From: the human T2T-CHM13v2.0 reference genome, Homo sapiens
Assembly (NCBI RefSeq): GCF_009914755.1
Contig: NC_060928.1
Direction: 5' to 3' (one strand)
Length of the DNA stretch: 64,000 nucleotides
This document shows, one piece after another, positions 14,393-29,008 of this stretch. The position numbers and the translations under genes are program-made. The stretch's first letter is position 1; every line of letters starts with the position of its first letter. The notes under the pieces are model-generated. The model ran no database searches, was not told where the DNA came from, and saw only the letters and a list, made by a program, of their open reading frames with translations.

Positions 14393-15129
14393 CACGTCAC
14401 CTCTGTTTTTGTTTTTTAGTATAGAGTAGCATTTTATTGAATAAGATTTGCTCACAGAAAAATAGGCTTAAATCTACAATGAATGCCAGACTCTACAGCA
14501 GAAAGCAATTTTCTCACTTTTCCACACACAATGGTTCCTACTAAGTGAAAAAAAGCCATAAAATTTCATTCACAAATGTACTAATCTGTCTCAAAACATC
14601 TCACATAATCATGCACTGCACTAAAGCCATTAGATCAGTTCTTCAGTGAGGTTAAAGAAGTATCCCTCTAATAACTGACTTTTATAATGCTATCAATATC
14701 CACTCCCAATCAGTATGCCATTGTTAATGGTGTACAGCATTACTGTATACAATGGAATTGATGACACCCATATCCACGGACAAACCGTGACTTATGATGG
14801 TTTGATTCATGATTTTTCAACGTTATGATGGGTTTATTGGAATATGAGATGCGGTTCTGAGTTACACTGGGTTTATGAGTATGCGACCCTATACTCCAGA
14901 AACAGCTGTATAAGGAAAAACAGGTGTACCTAATAAAAATATGCTTAGTGACTTGGGATAAACCAATAGATGTTCACAACTGATGGAGAGCCGTGAAAGA
15001 GAGATAGCGGTAAATAGTTACAATAACACAATTTTCCTGCACCTGTCGAGGATTTCCCCAAAAAAACGCAGAATGTGTGATGCACCTAAGGCATATGAAA
15101 GAGAGAGGGCAGAAGGAGTAAGAGAGTAA

Positions 15130-15225
15130 TAGGAGGAAGGAAGGAAGGAAGGAAAGAAGGAAGGTAGGAAGGAAGGAAGGAAGGAAGGAAGGAAGGAAGG
15201 AAGGAAAGAAGGACGAAAGGAAGGA
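15130..15225 (+). repeat. (GGAA)n microsatellite; one per spacer (also ~22170, 28325, 32375, 38670, 44950, 51100, 57110)
   Basis: Visible ggaa or ttcc runs. Confidence 0.9.
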
Positions 15226-15279
15226 TAAAACACCCGGTGTTACTAAAACCCCCCAAAAATATGGTTTTCCCCTGTGGGT

Positions 15280-15620
15280 AAGCCTACAATGTGGATGAAT
15301 CTTGAAAATATTGTGCTACGTGTTATGTCAGTCATAACAGCTCACCTATTGTGCAATTCTGTTTATAGGACATGTCCACAATATGGAAATCTATGCATAT
15401 GGGGTTGATCGCACTAGGTAGTTGCTACCTAGGGCTGAGGGTCAGGGAGAGGGTTTGAGACAGAATGAGGAGTGACTAATGCCTACAGGGTTTTTCTCTG
15501 GTCGGGGGTGATAAGACGTTCTACAACGGATTGCTAATTAAAATTGAATGTGCACAACCACTGGTATACTAAAAGCCACTCAATTCATGACTTTTAATGG
15601 GGGAATCTTATGTGGCGCAC
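15280..15620 (+). mobile_element. Old L1M 3'-UTR fragment, antisense to the ORF; repeated in each unit and truncated at 9431-9600
   Basis: gaggagtgactaatg..cagggtttttctctggtcgggggtgataaga..gtatactaaaagccact resembles L1MB/ME 3' ends. Confidence 0.6.
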
Positions 15621-15823
15621 TCTCATGGAGACCACGGCAGACATAGTGAGAGAGAAAAAGGTGAGTAAATATCTGAAACGGAGGCAGAAACAGAGAGAAT
15701 GAAAAGCCCTGTGAATGGAAGGGAGAGCGAAAAGGGAAAATGGTCCATTTACAAATGACAGATGTGAAACTGGGGTTCACATCAACAGTGTCACTGCCAG
15801 GAAGGAGGGTGATGCTAGCCATG

Positions 15824-18800
15824 TCACCGGTAGTGTGTCCCGCAGGGACGCCGACTTGCTGGAGCGTCTTGCCAGCATGGGCTCTGGCAGCCACGTGGGC
15901 CAGCAGGAGGGTCCCGCTGCACAGCTGTGGGGTGAGGATAGACTGGGTGGTGATATCGGAAATGACAGGGGCCTCTTCTGCTGGCAAGAGTGTGACAGTA
16001 GCAAGTAGGTGGACAGGCCTGCGTGTGAGGACGGAATGCAGGAGCGGGTCTTGTGCGGCTGGGTGTGGGGCCCTCACGGGAACCGTGGAGTAATGGCCAG
16101 GTAACTGCGTCATGTGGGCTACTAGACTGGCCAGGGCTTCGTGCTGAAGGACAATAACGGGGAGTAGCTGTCAGGCCCTCGGAGTGTCTGAGTGTAAGTG
16201 GAGATGGGTTTGGGGTCACTGAGGGATGCGTGGGAGCCATCCCTGTATAGGTACAGGTCATAGGGAGATAGTCTCGTGTGGCCTGTGAGTTTCTAGGGTT
16301 ATCCTGGGTGCCTGGGGCTGACTGTGGCAGAAATCTGGGGAAGGCGGGAGAGAAGCTGGGAGACCCAGGAGAGTCCCTGAAGGCAGGGGGTGAAGAGGTG
16401 AAAGAAATGGTGGAGGGTTGCAGTAAGGTCCGTGAGTTTGTAGGTGATTCCTGGGTGCGGGAAGCTGACTCCAGGTGAAATCTGGAGATGTTTGGAGAGT
16501 AGCTGAGAGAGACAGAAGAGTCCCTGAGGGCTGGGGGTGAGAACATGAGGGAGACTGGGGTGTAAGTCAGTGAAATTCGTGAGTTCGGTGGTGTATCGTG
16601 GGTGCCTGGAACTGACTCCAGCTGGAATCTAGAGAAGTTTTGAGAGTAGCTGAAAGAGACACGAGAGTCCCTGTGGGCTGAGGGCAAAGACCTGAGAGAG
16701 ACCAGGGAGGACTTCAGTGAAGTCTGTGAGTCCGTAGGTGATTCTGGAGTGTGGGAGGCTGACTCCCGCTGAAATCTGGGCGTGGTGGGGGAGTAGCTGG
16801 GACAGACAGGAGAGTCCCAGGGGGCTGGGGCTGAAGACATGAGAGAGACTGGGGAGTAACTCAGTGAAACTGCTGAGTTTGTAGGTGATACATGGGTGCC
16901 TGGGACTGACGCCCGCCGAAATCTGGGCATGGTTGGAGAGTAGCTGCGACACACAGGAGAGTCCCTGAGGGTTGAAGATAAAGACGTGCTAGAGACTGAG
17001 GTGTAACTGAGTGAAATAGGTGAGTTTGGTGGTGATTCCGGGGTGCCTGGAACTGACTCCAGCTGCAATGTGGGCGTGGTTGGAGAGTAGCTGGGACAGA
17101 TGGGAGAGTCCCTGAGGGATGGTGAAGACATGAGAGAGACTGGGGAGTAACGCAGTGAAATTGGTGAGTTTGGTGGTGATTTCTGGGTGCCTGCAACGGA
17201 CTCCCACTGAAGTGTGGGCGTGTTTGGAGAGTAGCTGGGACAGACAGGCGAGTCCCTGAGGGTTGGAGATAAAGACGTGCTAGAGACTGGGGAGTAACTC
17301 AGTGAAAGTGGTGGGCTTGGCGGTGATCCCTGGGTTCCTGGAACTGACCCTCGCTGAAATGTGGGCGTGGTTGGAGAGTAGCTGGGACAGACTGGAGGGT
17401 CCCTGAGGGCTGGGGGTGAAGACATGAGAGAGACCGGGGAGTAACTGAGTGAAACTGGTGAGTTTGGTGGTGACTCCGGGGTGCCTGGAACTGACTGCAG
17501 CTGAAATGTGGGCATGGTTGGAGAGTAGCTGGGACAGACAGGAGAGTCCCTGAGGGCTGGTGAAGACATGAGAGAGACTGGAGAGTAATTGAGTGAAATT
17601 GGGGAGTTTGGTGGTGATTCCTGGGTGCCTGGAACTGACTCCTGCTGAAATCTGGGCATGGTCGGAGAGTAGCTGGGACCCACAGGAGAGTCCCTGAGGG
17701 CTGGGGGTGCAGACATGAGAGAGACCGGGGAGTAACTGAGTGAAACTGGTGAGTTTGGTGGTGACACTGGGGTGCCTGGAACTGACTCCAGCTGAAATGT
17801 GGGCGTGGTTGGAGAGTAGCTGGGACAGACAGGAGAGTCCTTGAGGGCTGGGGGTGCAGACATGAGAGAGACCGGGGAGTAACTGAGTGAAACTGGTGAG
17901 TTAGGTGGTGACTCCGGGGTGCCTGGAACTGACTCCAGCTGAAATGTGGGCGTGGTTGGAGAGTAGCTGGGACAGACAGGAGAGTCCCTGAGGGTTGGAG
18001 ATAAAGACGTGCTAGAGACTGGGGAGTAATGGAGTGAAATTGGTGAGTTTGGAGGTGATTCCGGGGTGCCTGTAACTGACTCCAGATGCAAAGTGGGCGT
18101 GGTTGGAGAGTAGCTGGGACAGACGGGAGAGTCCCTGAGGGATGGTGAAGACATGAGAGAGACTGGGGAGTAACGCAGTGAAATTGGTGAGTTTGGTGGT
18201 GATTTCTGGGTGCCTGCAACGGACTCCCGCTGAAGTGTGGGCGTGTTTGGAGAGTAGCTGGGACAGTCAGGCGAGTCCCTGAGGGTTGGAGATAAAGACG
18301 TGCTAGAGACTGGGGAGTAACTCAGTGAAAGTGGTGGGCTTGGCGGTGATCCCTGGGTTCCTGGAACTGACCCGCGCTGAAATGTGGGCGTGGTTGGAGA
18401 GTAGCTGGGACAGACTAGAGGGTCCGTAAGGGCTGGGGGTGAAGACGTGAGAGAGACTGGCCAGGATCTCATTGAGGTCTGAGAGTTTGTAGGTGTTTCT
18501 GGGGTGTGGGGTACAGACTCCCGCTGAAATGTGGGCGTGGTTGGAGAGTAGCTGGGACAGACAGGAGAGTCATGGGTTGCTGGGGGTGAGCTGCTGTATG
18601 ATGGCAGTAAGAACATATGGTATATTATTGATGAATGAGGTGACTGTGAAGAATCTCCAGAGGAGGACACGGGAGAACACAATGACATGAGTGACTGTCC
18701 TGCTTGGTTAGGAAAGGGAAACGTAAAGCTGTGGAATTCTGTTGATGATGGATGTGAGAGTGGTGAAGCCCTGCGGGATGATGTAGAGTACTTCCACATC

Positions 18801-19537
18801 CCTGGTGAGGAGCTGCCCCTTGGGTCTGAGTTTCTGGGAGGGGAGAGGGAGAAGCTGGGTGAGGCAGGCATGAATCTTGAGGAGTCAGGGCTGGGGGACC
18901 GCTCATATTATCCCGAGACCTGTGATTCCCTGGGGGACTCCTGGGTGCATGGGGCTGACTCCCGCAGGAACCTGGGGATGGCTGGAGAGTAACTGGGAGC
19001 CACAGGAGAGTCCCTGAGGCCTGGGGGTGAAGAGATGAAAGACACAGGGGTGGAGCACCGCGAGGCTCGTGAGTTTGTAGGTGATTCCTGGGTGTGGGGG
19101 ACTGACTCCAGCTGAAATCTGGGGTTGTTTGGAGAGTAGCTGGGAGACACAGGAGACCCCCCGAGAGCTGGGGGTGAGCTGCTGGGTGATGGCAGTAAGA
19201 ACATGTGGTATATTATTGATGAACCTGGGGACTCTGAGGAATCCTCAGAGGAGGACACGAGAGAGCCCGATGGCTTCATTGATTGCCCATCACGGTGAGG
19301 ACAGGGAAATGGGAGCTTGTGGGATTCTGGTGATGACAGAGATGAGTGTGGTGAAGCCCTAGGGGATGGTGAATGGTAGCTCCGGATCCCTGGTGAGGAG
19401 CTTCCCCTTAAGCCTGAGATTCTGAGAGGGGAGGGGGAGAAGCTGGGTGAGGCTAGCATGGACCTTGGGGAGTCCAGGCTGGGGGACCGTTCATAAGAAG
19501 AGCCAGACAAGACCCTACTGTTCTTAGGTGCAGACAT
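15824..19537 (-). pseudogene. Copy 2: longest allele (would be 1237 aa) with in-frame nonsense E210*
   Basis: ORFs 18908-19537 (209 aa) and 15824-18871 (1015 aa) share one frame, separated by a GAA>TAA change; TATA reads AATTTAAA; DUX4 motif mutated. Confidence 0.65.
16270..19500 (-). repeat. ACRO1-type array (unit 2, expanded by ~7 monomers)
   Basis: 341 extra codons relative to the 896-aa copies. Confidence 0.8.
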
Positions 19538-19702
19538 GATTAGGAAACCTGCAGCTCCCAGGGGCCCCTACTAATTTTCTAACTCGCAGAAGGAAGGAGT
19601 GTGTGTGCGTGTGTGTGCGTGTGTGTGTGTGCGTGTGTGTGTTTCTGTGTGTGCGGTGTGAGGTATGTGCCCCTTAAGAAAATGGAAATCAACCAACCAA
19701 TG

Positions 19703-19749
<47 letters not shown>

Positions 19750-22700
19750 GATTCACTTGCCCAAGTGTTCTGTCCTGTCCTCTGAATCCGCCTCCAAGTC
19801 GCAAGACGCCGTGAGCTCCAAGTCCACGCAGAGTCCGCCAAACGCTCCGGCCGCTGATCCGCTCCGCGAAGATCTGAGTATAGGCCAGCCAGGGTGGGTT
19901 TAAATTGCCTCGGGCGCAGCCTAGCAGCAGAAAGGGCGGAGCTTCACTCCTCCTTTCCATCAGTCACCCCTAACTTTCCCAGGCTACACCTGGTAGGAAA
20001 CTGTTCTCCTGCTTTGATTTCATGCGCCAACTTTGGGACAATCTAAGAACTTCCAAGTTTTCTTGGCCAGATATATTAGGAATTGTATGCACTGAAACAC
20101 TGAAAACCAACCAGTGGTTCTGTGGTTCCCACGTTGTGGTTTCGACACCAGCAGCATCCTTGCCACAATCAAATCCCGGAGATCCACAGATCTGTGTTGC
20201 AACAAGACCTCCCCCTGACCCTGATGCATGGCAGTTTAAGAAGTCTTTCCGTGTAAGCGAAAAGACTTTGAAGAAAAGGTGGAGATATGCGTTGTATAAA
20301 CATTCTTTTGCTCTGGAACCACGTGGAGACTTGGGAGCCAGTTGGGTGGAGCATTCGTTGGATGAGGGTGCTCGGGTTCGGAATATCAAGGTGTGTGTCC
20401 AGACGATCCAATCATCTAATTAAGATTCCAGTTTTGCTCATCTGTTTTAAAATTCCGTTTGGGTAACTTCTTTTATTCAGACTGAGAATGGCAAAGCCTC
20501 AACCCCAATTTCCAGGGAGGGTTGAGAGCCTCAGGTGGAGTTGATCACCAATAGCCTATGGTTTAACCCATCATGCCTATAGAATGAGGTCTCCATAAAA
20601 ACCCAAAAGGACTGGGTTCAGAGAGCTTCTGGATAACACTTCCTGGGAGGTAGTGCGCCCCTCCCCACATGCCGGGCCCCACATTTATTTCTGAACTTTT
20701 TGCAATGTCCGCTAAAATACAACGGCAAATGTAAGTGTTTCCCTGAGTGCCGTGAGCTCTTCCAGCAAATGAATGCAACTAAATCTGGGAGTGGTGGCAA
20801 CCTGATTTATAGCCAGTTGCTGAGAAGCACAGGTAAAACAACGTAGGGCTTCCCGTTGTTACTAGTGTGGGAGGCCTGCCTGGCAGGACTCGGCCCTTTG
20901 GAATCTAATGCTATGTCCCGGTAGATAGCGTCACCATTGAATTAGAAGACACACATATGTTGAGAATAATCTTTCTGGTCATTTGCTGCATGTCTTATTT
21001 ACAATATGTAATCAAATTCCTTATCCTGACCTTATGGCACCTGGGTTGAGAACCATGATTTGAACCAAACATTGGTCTGTCACTTTCTGAGTTTGAAACT
21101 TTATTTTGCCTTTAGCGTTTTGCTACTGCTTTTTCGTTTTCTTTTGTTTCGTTTCGATTCTAAGTTGTGGGGTATATGTGCAGGATGGGCAGATTTGTTA
21201 CTAAGGTAAACGTGTGCCATGGTGGTTTGCTGCACCTGTCAACCCATCACCTAGGTATTAAGCCCAGCATGCAGTAGCTGTTTTTCTTAACGCTCTGCCT
21301 CCCGAAAGGCCCCAGTGTGTGTTGTTCCCCTTCCTGTGTCCATGTGATCTCATTTTTCAGCTCCCATTATAAGTGAGAATGTGGCGTTTGGTTTTCTTTC
21401 CCTGGATTAGTTTGCTGAGGATAATGACCACACATCACCACTGTTTTCGTTTTTTAGTATAAAGAGTAGCGTTTTATTCAATAAGATTTGCTCACAGAAA
21501 AATAATCTTAAATCTACAATGAATGCCAGACTCTACAGCAGAAAGGAATTTTCTCACTTTTCCACACACAATGGTTCCTACTAAGTGAAAAAAAGCCATA
21601 AAATTTCATTCACAAATGTACTACTCTGTCTCAAAACATCTCACATAATCATACACTGTACTAAAGCCATTAGATCAGTGCTTCAGTCAGGTTAAAGAAG
21701 TATCCCTCTAATAACTGACTTTTATAATGCTATCAATATGCACTCCCCATCAGTCTGCCATTGTTAATGGTGTACAGCATTACTGTATACAATGGAATTG
21801 ATGACACCCATATCCACGGACAAACCGTGACTTATGATGGTTTGATTCATGATTTTTCAACGTTATGATGGGTTTATTGGAATATTAGATGCGTTTCTGA
21901 GTTACACTGGGTTTATGAGTATGCGACCCTCTACTCCAGAAACAGCTGTATAAGGAAAAACATGTGTACCTAATAAAAATATGCTTAGTGACTTGCGATA
22001 CACCAATAGATGTTCACAACTGATGGATAGCCGTGAAAGAGAGATAGCGGTAAATAGTTACAATAACACAATTTTCCTGCACCTGTTGAGGATTTCCCCA
22101 AGAAAACGCAGAATGTGGGATGCACCTAAGGCATGTGAAAGTGAGAGGGCAGAAGGAGTAAGAGAGAAATAGGAGGAAGGAAGGAAGGAAGGAAAGAAGG
22201 AAGGTAGGAAGGAAGGAAGGAAGGAAGGAAAGAAGGAAGGAAGGACGGAAAGCAGGACGAAAGGAAGGAGAAAACACCCGGTGTTACTAAAACCCCCCAA
22301 AAATATGGTTTCCCCCTGTGGGTAAGCCTACAATGTGGAGGAATCTTGAAAATATTGTGCTACGTGTTATGTCAGTCATAACAGCTCACCTATTGTGCAA
22401 TTCCGTTTAAAGGAAATGTCCACAATATGGAAATCTCTGCATATGTGGTTGATCGCACTAGCTAGTTGCTACCTAGGGCTGAGGGTCAGGGAGAGGGTTT
22501 GAGACAGAATGAGGAGTGACTAATGTCTACAGGGTTTTTCTCTGGTCGGGGGTGATAAGACATTCTACAATGGATTGCGAATTAAAATTGAATGTGCACA
22601 ACCACAGGTGTACTAAAAGCCACTCAATTCATGACTTTTAATGGGGGAATCTTATGTGGCGCACTCTCATGGAGACCACGGCAGACATAGTGAGAGAGAA

Positions 22701-22931
22701 AAAGGTGAGTGAATATCTGAAACGGAGGCAGAAACAGAGAGAATGAAAAGCCCTGTGAATGGAAGGGAGAGCGAAAAGGGAAAATGGTCCTATTTCCAAA
22801 TGACAGATGTGAAACTGGGGTTCACATCAACAGTGTCACTGCCAGGAAGGAGGGTGATGCTAGCCATGTCACCGGTAGTGCGTCCCGCAGGGACGCCGAC
22901 CTGCTGGAGCGTCGTGCCAGCATGGGCTCTG

Positions 22932-25703
22932 TCAGCCACGTGGGCCAGCAGGAGGGTCCCGCTGCACAGCTGTGGGGTGAGGATAGACTGGGTGGTGATA
23001 TCGGCCATGACGGGGGCCTCTTCTGCTGGCAAGAGTGTGACAGTAGCAAGTAGATGGACAGGCCTGCGTGTGAGGACGGAATGCAGGAGCGGCTCTTGTG
23101 CGGCTGGGTGTGGGGCCCTCACGGGAACCGTGGAGTAATGGCCAGGTAACTGCGTCATGTGGGCTAGTAGATTGGCCAGGGCTTCGAACTGAAGGACAAT
23201 AACGGGGAGTAGCTGTCAGGCCCTGGGAGTGTCTGAGTGTAAGTGGAGATGGGTTTGGGATCACTGAGGGATGCGTGGGAGCCATCCCTGTATAGGTACA
23301 GGTCATAGGGAGATACTCTCGTGAGGCCTGTGAGTGTCTAGGGTTGTCCTGGGTGCCTGGGGCTGACTGTGGCAGAAATCTGGGGAAGGCTGGAGAGAAG
23401 CTGGGAGACCCAGGAGAGTCCCTGAAGGCAGGGGGTGAAGAGGTGAAAGAAATGGGGGAGGGTTGCAGTAAGGTCCGTGAGTTTGTAGGTGATTCCTGGG
23501 TGCGGGAAGCTGACTCCAGGTGAAATCTGGAGATGGTTGGAGAGTAGCTGAGAGAGGCAGAAGAGTCCCTGAGGGCTGGGGGTGAGAACATGAGGGAGAC
23601 TGGGGAGTAAGTCAGTGAAATTCGTGAGTTCGGTGTTGTATCGTGGGTGCCTGGAACTGACTCCAGCTGGAATCTAGAGAAGTTTTGAGAGTAGCTGAAA
23701 GAGACACAAGAGTCCCTGTGGGCTGAGGGCAAAGACCTGAGAGAGACCAGGGAGGACCTCAGTGAAGTCTGTGAGTCCGTAGGTGATTCTGGAGTGTGGG
23801 AGGCTGACTCCCGCTGAAATCTGGGCGTGGTGGGGGAGTAGCTGGGACAGACAGGAGAGTCCCAGGGGGCTGGGGGTGAAGACATGAGAGAGACTGGGGA
23901 GTAACTCAGTGAAACTGCTGAGTTTGTAGGTGATACCTGGGTGCCTGGAACTGACTCCCGCTGAAATCTGGGCATGGTTGGAGAGTATCTGGGACACACA
24001 GGAGAGTCCCTGAGGGCTGGGGGTGAAGACATGAGAGAGTCCGGGGAGTAACTGAGTGAAACTGGTGAGTTTGGTGGTGACTCCGGGTTGCCTGGAACTG
24101 ACTCCAGCTGAAATGTGGGCGTGGTTGGAGAGTAGCTGGGACAGACAGGAGAGTCCCTGAGGGCTGGTGAAGACATGAGAGAGACTGGAGAGTAATTGAG
24201 TGAAATTGGTGAGTTTGGTGGTGATTCCTGGGTGCCTGGAACTGACTCCCGCTGAAGTGTGGGCGTGGTTGGAGAGTAGCTGGGACACACAGGAGAGTCC
24301 CTGAGGGTTGGAGATAAAGACGTGCTAGAGACTGAGGAGTAACTGAGTGAAACTGGTGAGTTTGGTGGTGATTCCGGGGTGCCTGGAACTGACTCCAGCT
24401 GCAATGTGGGCGTCGTTGGAGAGTAGCTGGGACAGACGGGAGAGTCCCTGAGGGATGGTGAAGACATGAGAGAGACTGCGGAGTAACGCAGTGAAATTGA
24501 TGAGTTTGGTGGTGATTTCTGGGTGCCTGCAACGGACTCCGGCTGAAGTGTGGGCGTGTTTGGAGAGTAGCTGGGACAGACAGGCGAGTCCCTGAGGGTT
24601 GGAGATAAAGACGTGCTAGAGACTGGGGAGTAACTCAGTGAAAGTGGTGGGCTTGGCGGTGATCCCTGGGTTCCTGGAACTGACCCGCGCTGAAATGTGG
24701 GCGTGGTTGGAGAGTACCTGGGACAGACAGGAGAGTCATGGGTGGCTGGTGGTGAGCTGCTGGATGATGGCAGGAAGAACATGTGGTATATTATTGATGA
24801 ATGAGGTGACTGTGAAGAATCTCCAGAGGAGGACACGGGAGAACACAATGACATGAGTGACTGTCCTGCTTGGTTAGGAAAGGGAAACGTAAAGCTGTGG
24901 AATTCTGTTGATGATGGATGTGAGAGTGGTGAAGCCCTGCGGGATGATGTAGAGTACTTCCATATCCCTGGTGAGGAGCTGCCCCTTGGGTCTGAGTTTC
25001 TGGGAGGGGAGAGGGAGAAGCTGGGTGAGGCAGGCATGAATCTTGAGGAGTCAGGCCTGGGGGACCGCTCATATTCTCCCGAGACCTGTGAGTCTCTGGG
25101 GGACTCCTGGGTGCATGTGGCTGACTCCCGCAGGAACCTGGGGATGGCTGGAGAGTAACTGGGAGCCACAGGAGAGTCCCTGAGGCCTGGGGGTGAAGAG
25201 ATGAAAGACACAGGGGTGGAGCACCGTGAGGCTCGTGAGTTTGTAGGTGATTCCTGGGTTTGGGGGGCTGACTCCAGCTGAAATCTGGGGTTGTTTGGAG
25301 AGTAGCTGGGAGACACAGGACACCCCCTGAGAGCTGGGGGTGAGCTGCTGGGTGATGGCAGTAAGAACATGTGGTATATTATTGATGAACCTGGGGACTC
25401 TGAGGAATCCTCAGAGGAGGACAGAGGAGAGCCCGATGGCTTCATTGATTGCCCATCACGGTGAGGACAGGGAAATGGGAGCTTCTGGGATTCTGGTGAT
25501 GACAGAGGTGAGTGTGGTGAAGCCCTAGAGGATGGTGAATGGTAGCTCCGGATCCCTGGTGAGGAGCTTCCCCTTAAGCCTGAGTTTCTGAGATGGGAGA
25601 GGGAGAAGCTGGGTGAGGCTCACATGGACCTTGGGGAGTCCAGGCTTGGGGACCGTTCATAAGAAGAGTCAGACAAGTCCCTACGGTTCTTTGGTGCAGA
25701 CAT
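22932..25703 (-). pseudogene. Copy 3: nonsense at codon 28 (CGA>TGA); residual 837-aa ORF from Met87
   Basis: Homologous ATG at 25703, then ATG TGA at ~25625-25620 where intact copies read ATG CGA; DUX4 motif mutated. Confidence 0.6.
23315..25665 (-). repeat. ACRO1-type array (unit 3)
   Basis: 147/144-bp periodicity. Confidence 0.8.
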
Positions 25704-28700
25704 GATTAGGAAACCTGCAGCTCCCAGGGGCCCCTACTAATTTTCTAACTCGCAGAAGGAAGGAGTGTGTGTGCGTGTGTGTGCGTGTGTGTGTGTGTGC
25801 GTGTGTGTGTTTCTGTGTGTGCGGTGTTAGGAATGTGCCCCTTAAGAAAATGGAAATCAACCAACCAATGAGACAGACACACAGACAGACAGACAGACAG
25901 ACAGAGATTCACTTGCCCAAGTGTTCTGTCCTGTCCTCTGAATCCGCTTCCAAGTCGCAAGACGCCGTGAGCTCCAAGCCCACGCAGAGTCCGCCAAACG
26001 CTCCGGCCGCTGATCCGCTCCGCGAAGATCTGAGTACAGGCCAGCCAGGGTGGGTTTAAATAGCCTCGGGCGCAGCCTAGCAGCGGAAAGGGCGGAGCTT
26101 CACTCCTCCTTTCCATCAGTCACCCCCAACTTTCCCAGGCTACACCTCTAGGAAACTGTTCTCCTGCTTTGATTTCATGCGCCACCTTTGGGACAATCTA
26201 AGAACTTCGAAGTTTTCTTGGCCAGATATATTAGGAATTGTATGCACTGAAACACTGAAAACCAACCAGTGGTTCTGTGGTTCCCACGTTGTGGTTTCGA
26301 CACCAGCAGCATCCTTGCCACAATCAAACCCCGGAGATCCACAGATCTGTGTTGCAACAAGACCTCCCCCTGACCCTGATGCATGGCAGTTTAAGAAGTC
26401 TTTCCGTGTAAGCGAAAAGACTTTGAAGAAAAAGTAGAGATATGCGTTATATAAACATTCTTTTGCTCTGGAACCAGGTGGAGACTTGGGAGTCAGTTGG
26501 GTGGAGCATTCGTTGGATGAGGGTGCTCCGGTTTGGAATATCAAGGTGTGTGTCCAGACGATCCAATCATCTAATTAAGAGTCCAGTTATGCTCATCTGT
26601 TTTAAAATTCCGTTTGGGTAAATTCTTTTAGTCAGACTGAGAATGGCAAAGCCTCAACCCCAATTTCCAGGGAGGGTTGAGAGCCTCAGGTGGAGTTGAT
26701 CACCAATAGCCTATGGTTTAACCCATCATGCCTATAGAATGAGGTCTCCATAAAAACCCAAAAGGACTGGGTTCAGAGAGCTTCTGGAAAACACTTCCTG
26801 GAAGGCAGTGCGCCCCTCCCCACATGCTGGTCCCCACATTTATTTCTGAACTTCTTGCAATGTCCGCTAAAATACAACGGCAAATGTAAGTGTTTCCCTG
26901 CGTGCTGTGAGCTCTTCCAGCCAATGAATGCAACTAAATCTGGGAGTGGTGGCAACCTGATTTATAGCCAGGTGCTGAGAAGCACAGGTAAAACAACGTA
27001 GGGCTTCCCGTTGTTATTAGTGTGGGAGGCCTGTCTGGCGGGACTCGGCCCTTTGGAATCTAATGCTATGTCCCGGTAGATAGCGTCACCATTGAATTAG
27101 AAGACACACATATGTTGAGAATAATCTTTCTGGTCATTTGCTGCATGTCTTATTTACAATATGTAATCAAATTCTTTATCCTGACTTTATGGCACCTGGG
27201 TTGAGAACCATGATTTGAACCAAACATTGGTCTGTCACTTTCTGAGTTGGAAACTTTATTTTGCCTTTAGCGTTTTGCTATTGCTTTTTCGTTTTCTTTT
27301 GTGTCGTTTCGTTTCTAAGTTCTGGGGTAGATGTGCAGGATGTGCAGATTTGTTACTAAGGTAAACGTGTGCCATGGTGGTTTGCTGCACCTGTCAACCC
27401 ATCACCTAGGTATTAAGCCCAGCATGCAGTAGCTGTTTTTCTTAACGCTCTGCCTCCAGAAAGGCCCCAGTGTGTGTTGTTCCCTTTCCAGTGTCCATGT
27501 GATCTCATTCTTCAGCTCCCATTATAAGTGAGAATGTGGCGTTTGGTTTCCTTTCCCTGGATTAGTTTGCTGAGGATAATGACCACACATCACCACTGTT
27601 TTTGTTTTTTAGTATAAAGAGTAGTATTTTATTGAATAAGATTTGCTCACAGAAAAATAAGCTTAAATCTACAATGAATGCCATACTCTACAGCAGAAAG
27701 CAATTTTCTCACTTTTCCACACACAATGGTTCCTACTAAGTGAAAAAAAGCCATAAAATTTCATTCACAAATGTACTACTCTGTCTCAAAACATCTCACA
27801 TAATCATGCACTGTACTAAAGCTATTAGATCAGTTCTTCAGTCAGGTTAAAGAAGTATCCCTCTAATAAATGACTTTTATAATGCTATCAACATCCACTC
27901 CCAATCAGTCTGCCATTGTTAATGGTGTACAGCATTACTGAATACAATGAAATTGATGACACCCATATCCACGGACAAACCGTGACTTATGATGGTTTGA
28001 TTCATGATTTTTGAACGTTATGATGGGTTTATTGGAATATTAGATGCGTCTCTGAGTTACACTGGGTTTATGAGTATGCGACCCTATACTCCAGAAACAG
28101 CTGTATAAGGAAAAACAGGTGTACCTAATAAAAATATGCTTAGTGACTTGCGATAAACCAATAGATGTTCACAACTGACGGAGAGCCGTGAAAGAGAGAT
28201 AGCGGTAAATAGTTACAATAACACAATTTTCCTGCACCTTTCGAGGATTTCCCCCAAAAAACGCAGAATGTGGGATGCACCTAAGGCATATGAAAGAGAG
28301 AGGGCAGGAGTAAGAGAGAAATAGGAGGAAGGAAGGAAGGAAGGAAAGAAGGAAGGTAGCAAGGAAGGAAGGAAGGAAGGAAGGAAGGAAAGAAGGACGA
28401 AAAGAAGGAGAAAACACCCGGTATTACTAAAAGACCCCAAAAACATGGTTTCCCCCTGTGGGTCAGCCTACAATGTGGATGAATCTTGAAAATATTGTGC
28501 TACGTGTTATGTCAGTCATAACAGCTCACCAATTGTGCAATTCCGTTTGTAGGAAATGTCCACAATATGGAAATCTGTGCATATGGGGTTAATCGCACTA
28601 GCTAGTTGCTACCTAGGGCTGAGGGTCAGGAAGAGGGTTTGAGAGGGAATGAGGAGTGACTAATGTCTACAGGGTTTTTCTCTGGTCGGGGGTGATAAGA

Positions 28701-29008
28701 CGTTCTACAATGGATTGCGAATTAAAATTGAATGTGCACAACCACAGGTATACTAAAAGCCACTCAATTCATGACTTTTAATGGGGGAATCTTATGTGGC
28801 GCACTCTCATGGAGACCACGGCAGACATAGTGAGAGAGAAAAAGGTGAGTGAATATCTGAAACGGAGGCAGAAACAGAGAGAATGAAAAGCCCTGTGAAT
28901 GGAAGGGAGAGCGAAAAGGGAAAATGGTCCTATTTACAAATGACAGATGTGAAACTGGGGTTCACATCAACAGTGTCACTTCCAGGAAGGAGGGTGATGC
29001 TAGCCATG

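Noticed and set aside
14780-14850. Tigger-like DNA transposon fragment (gacttatgatggtttgattcatgatttttcaacgttatgatggg)
   Set aside because: Plausible but too short and diverged to assign without a search.
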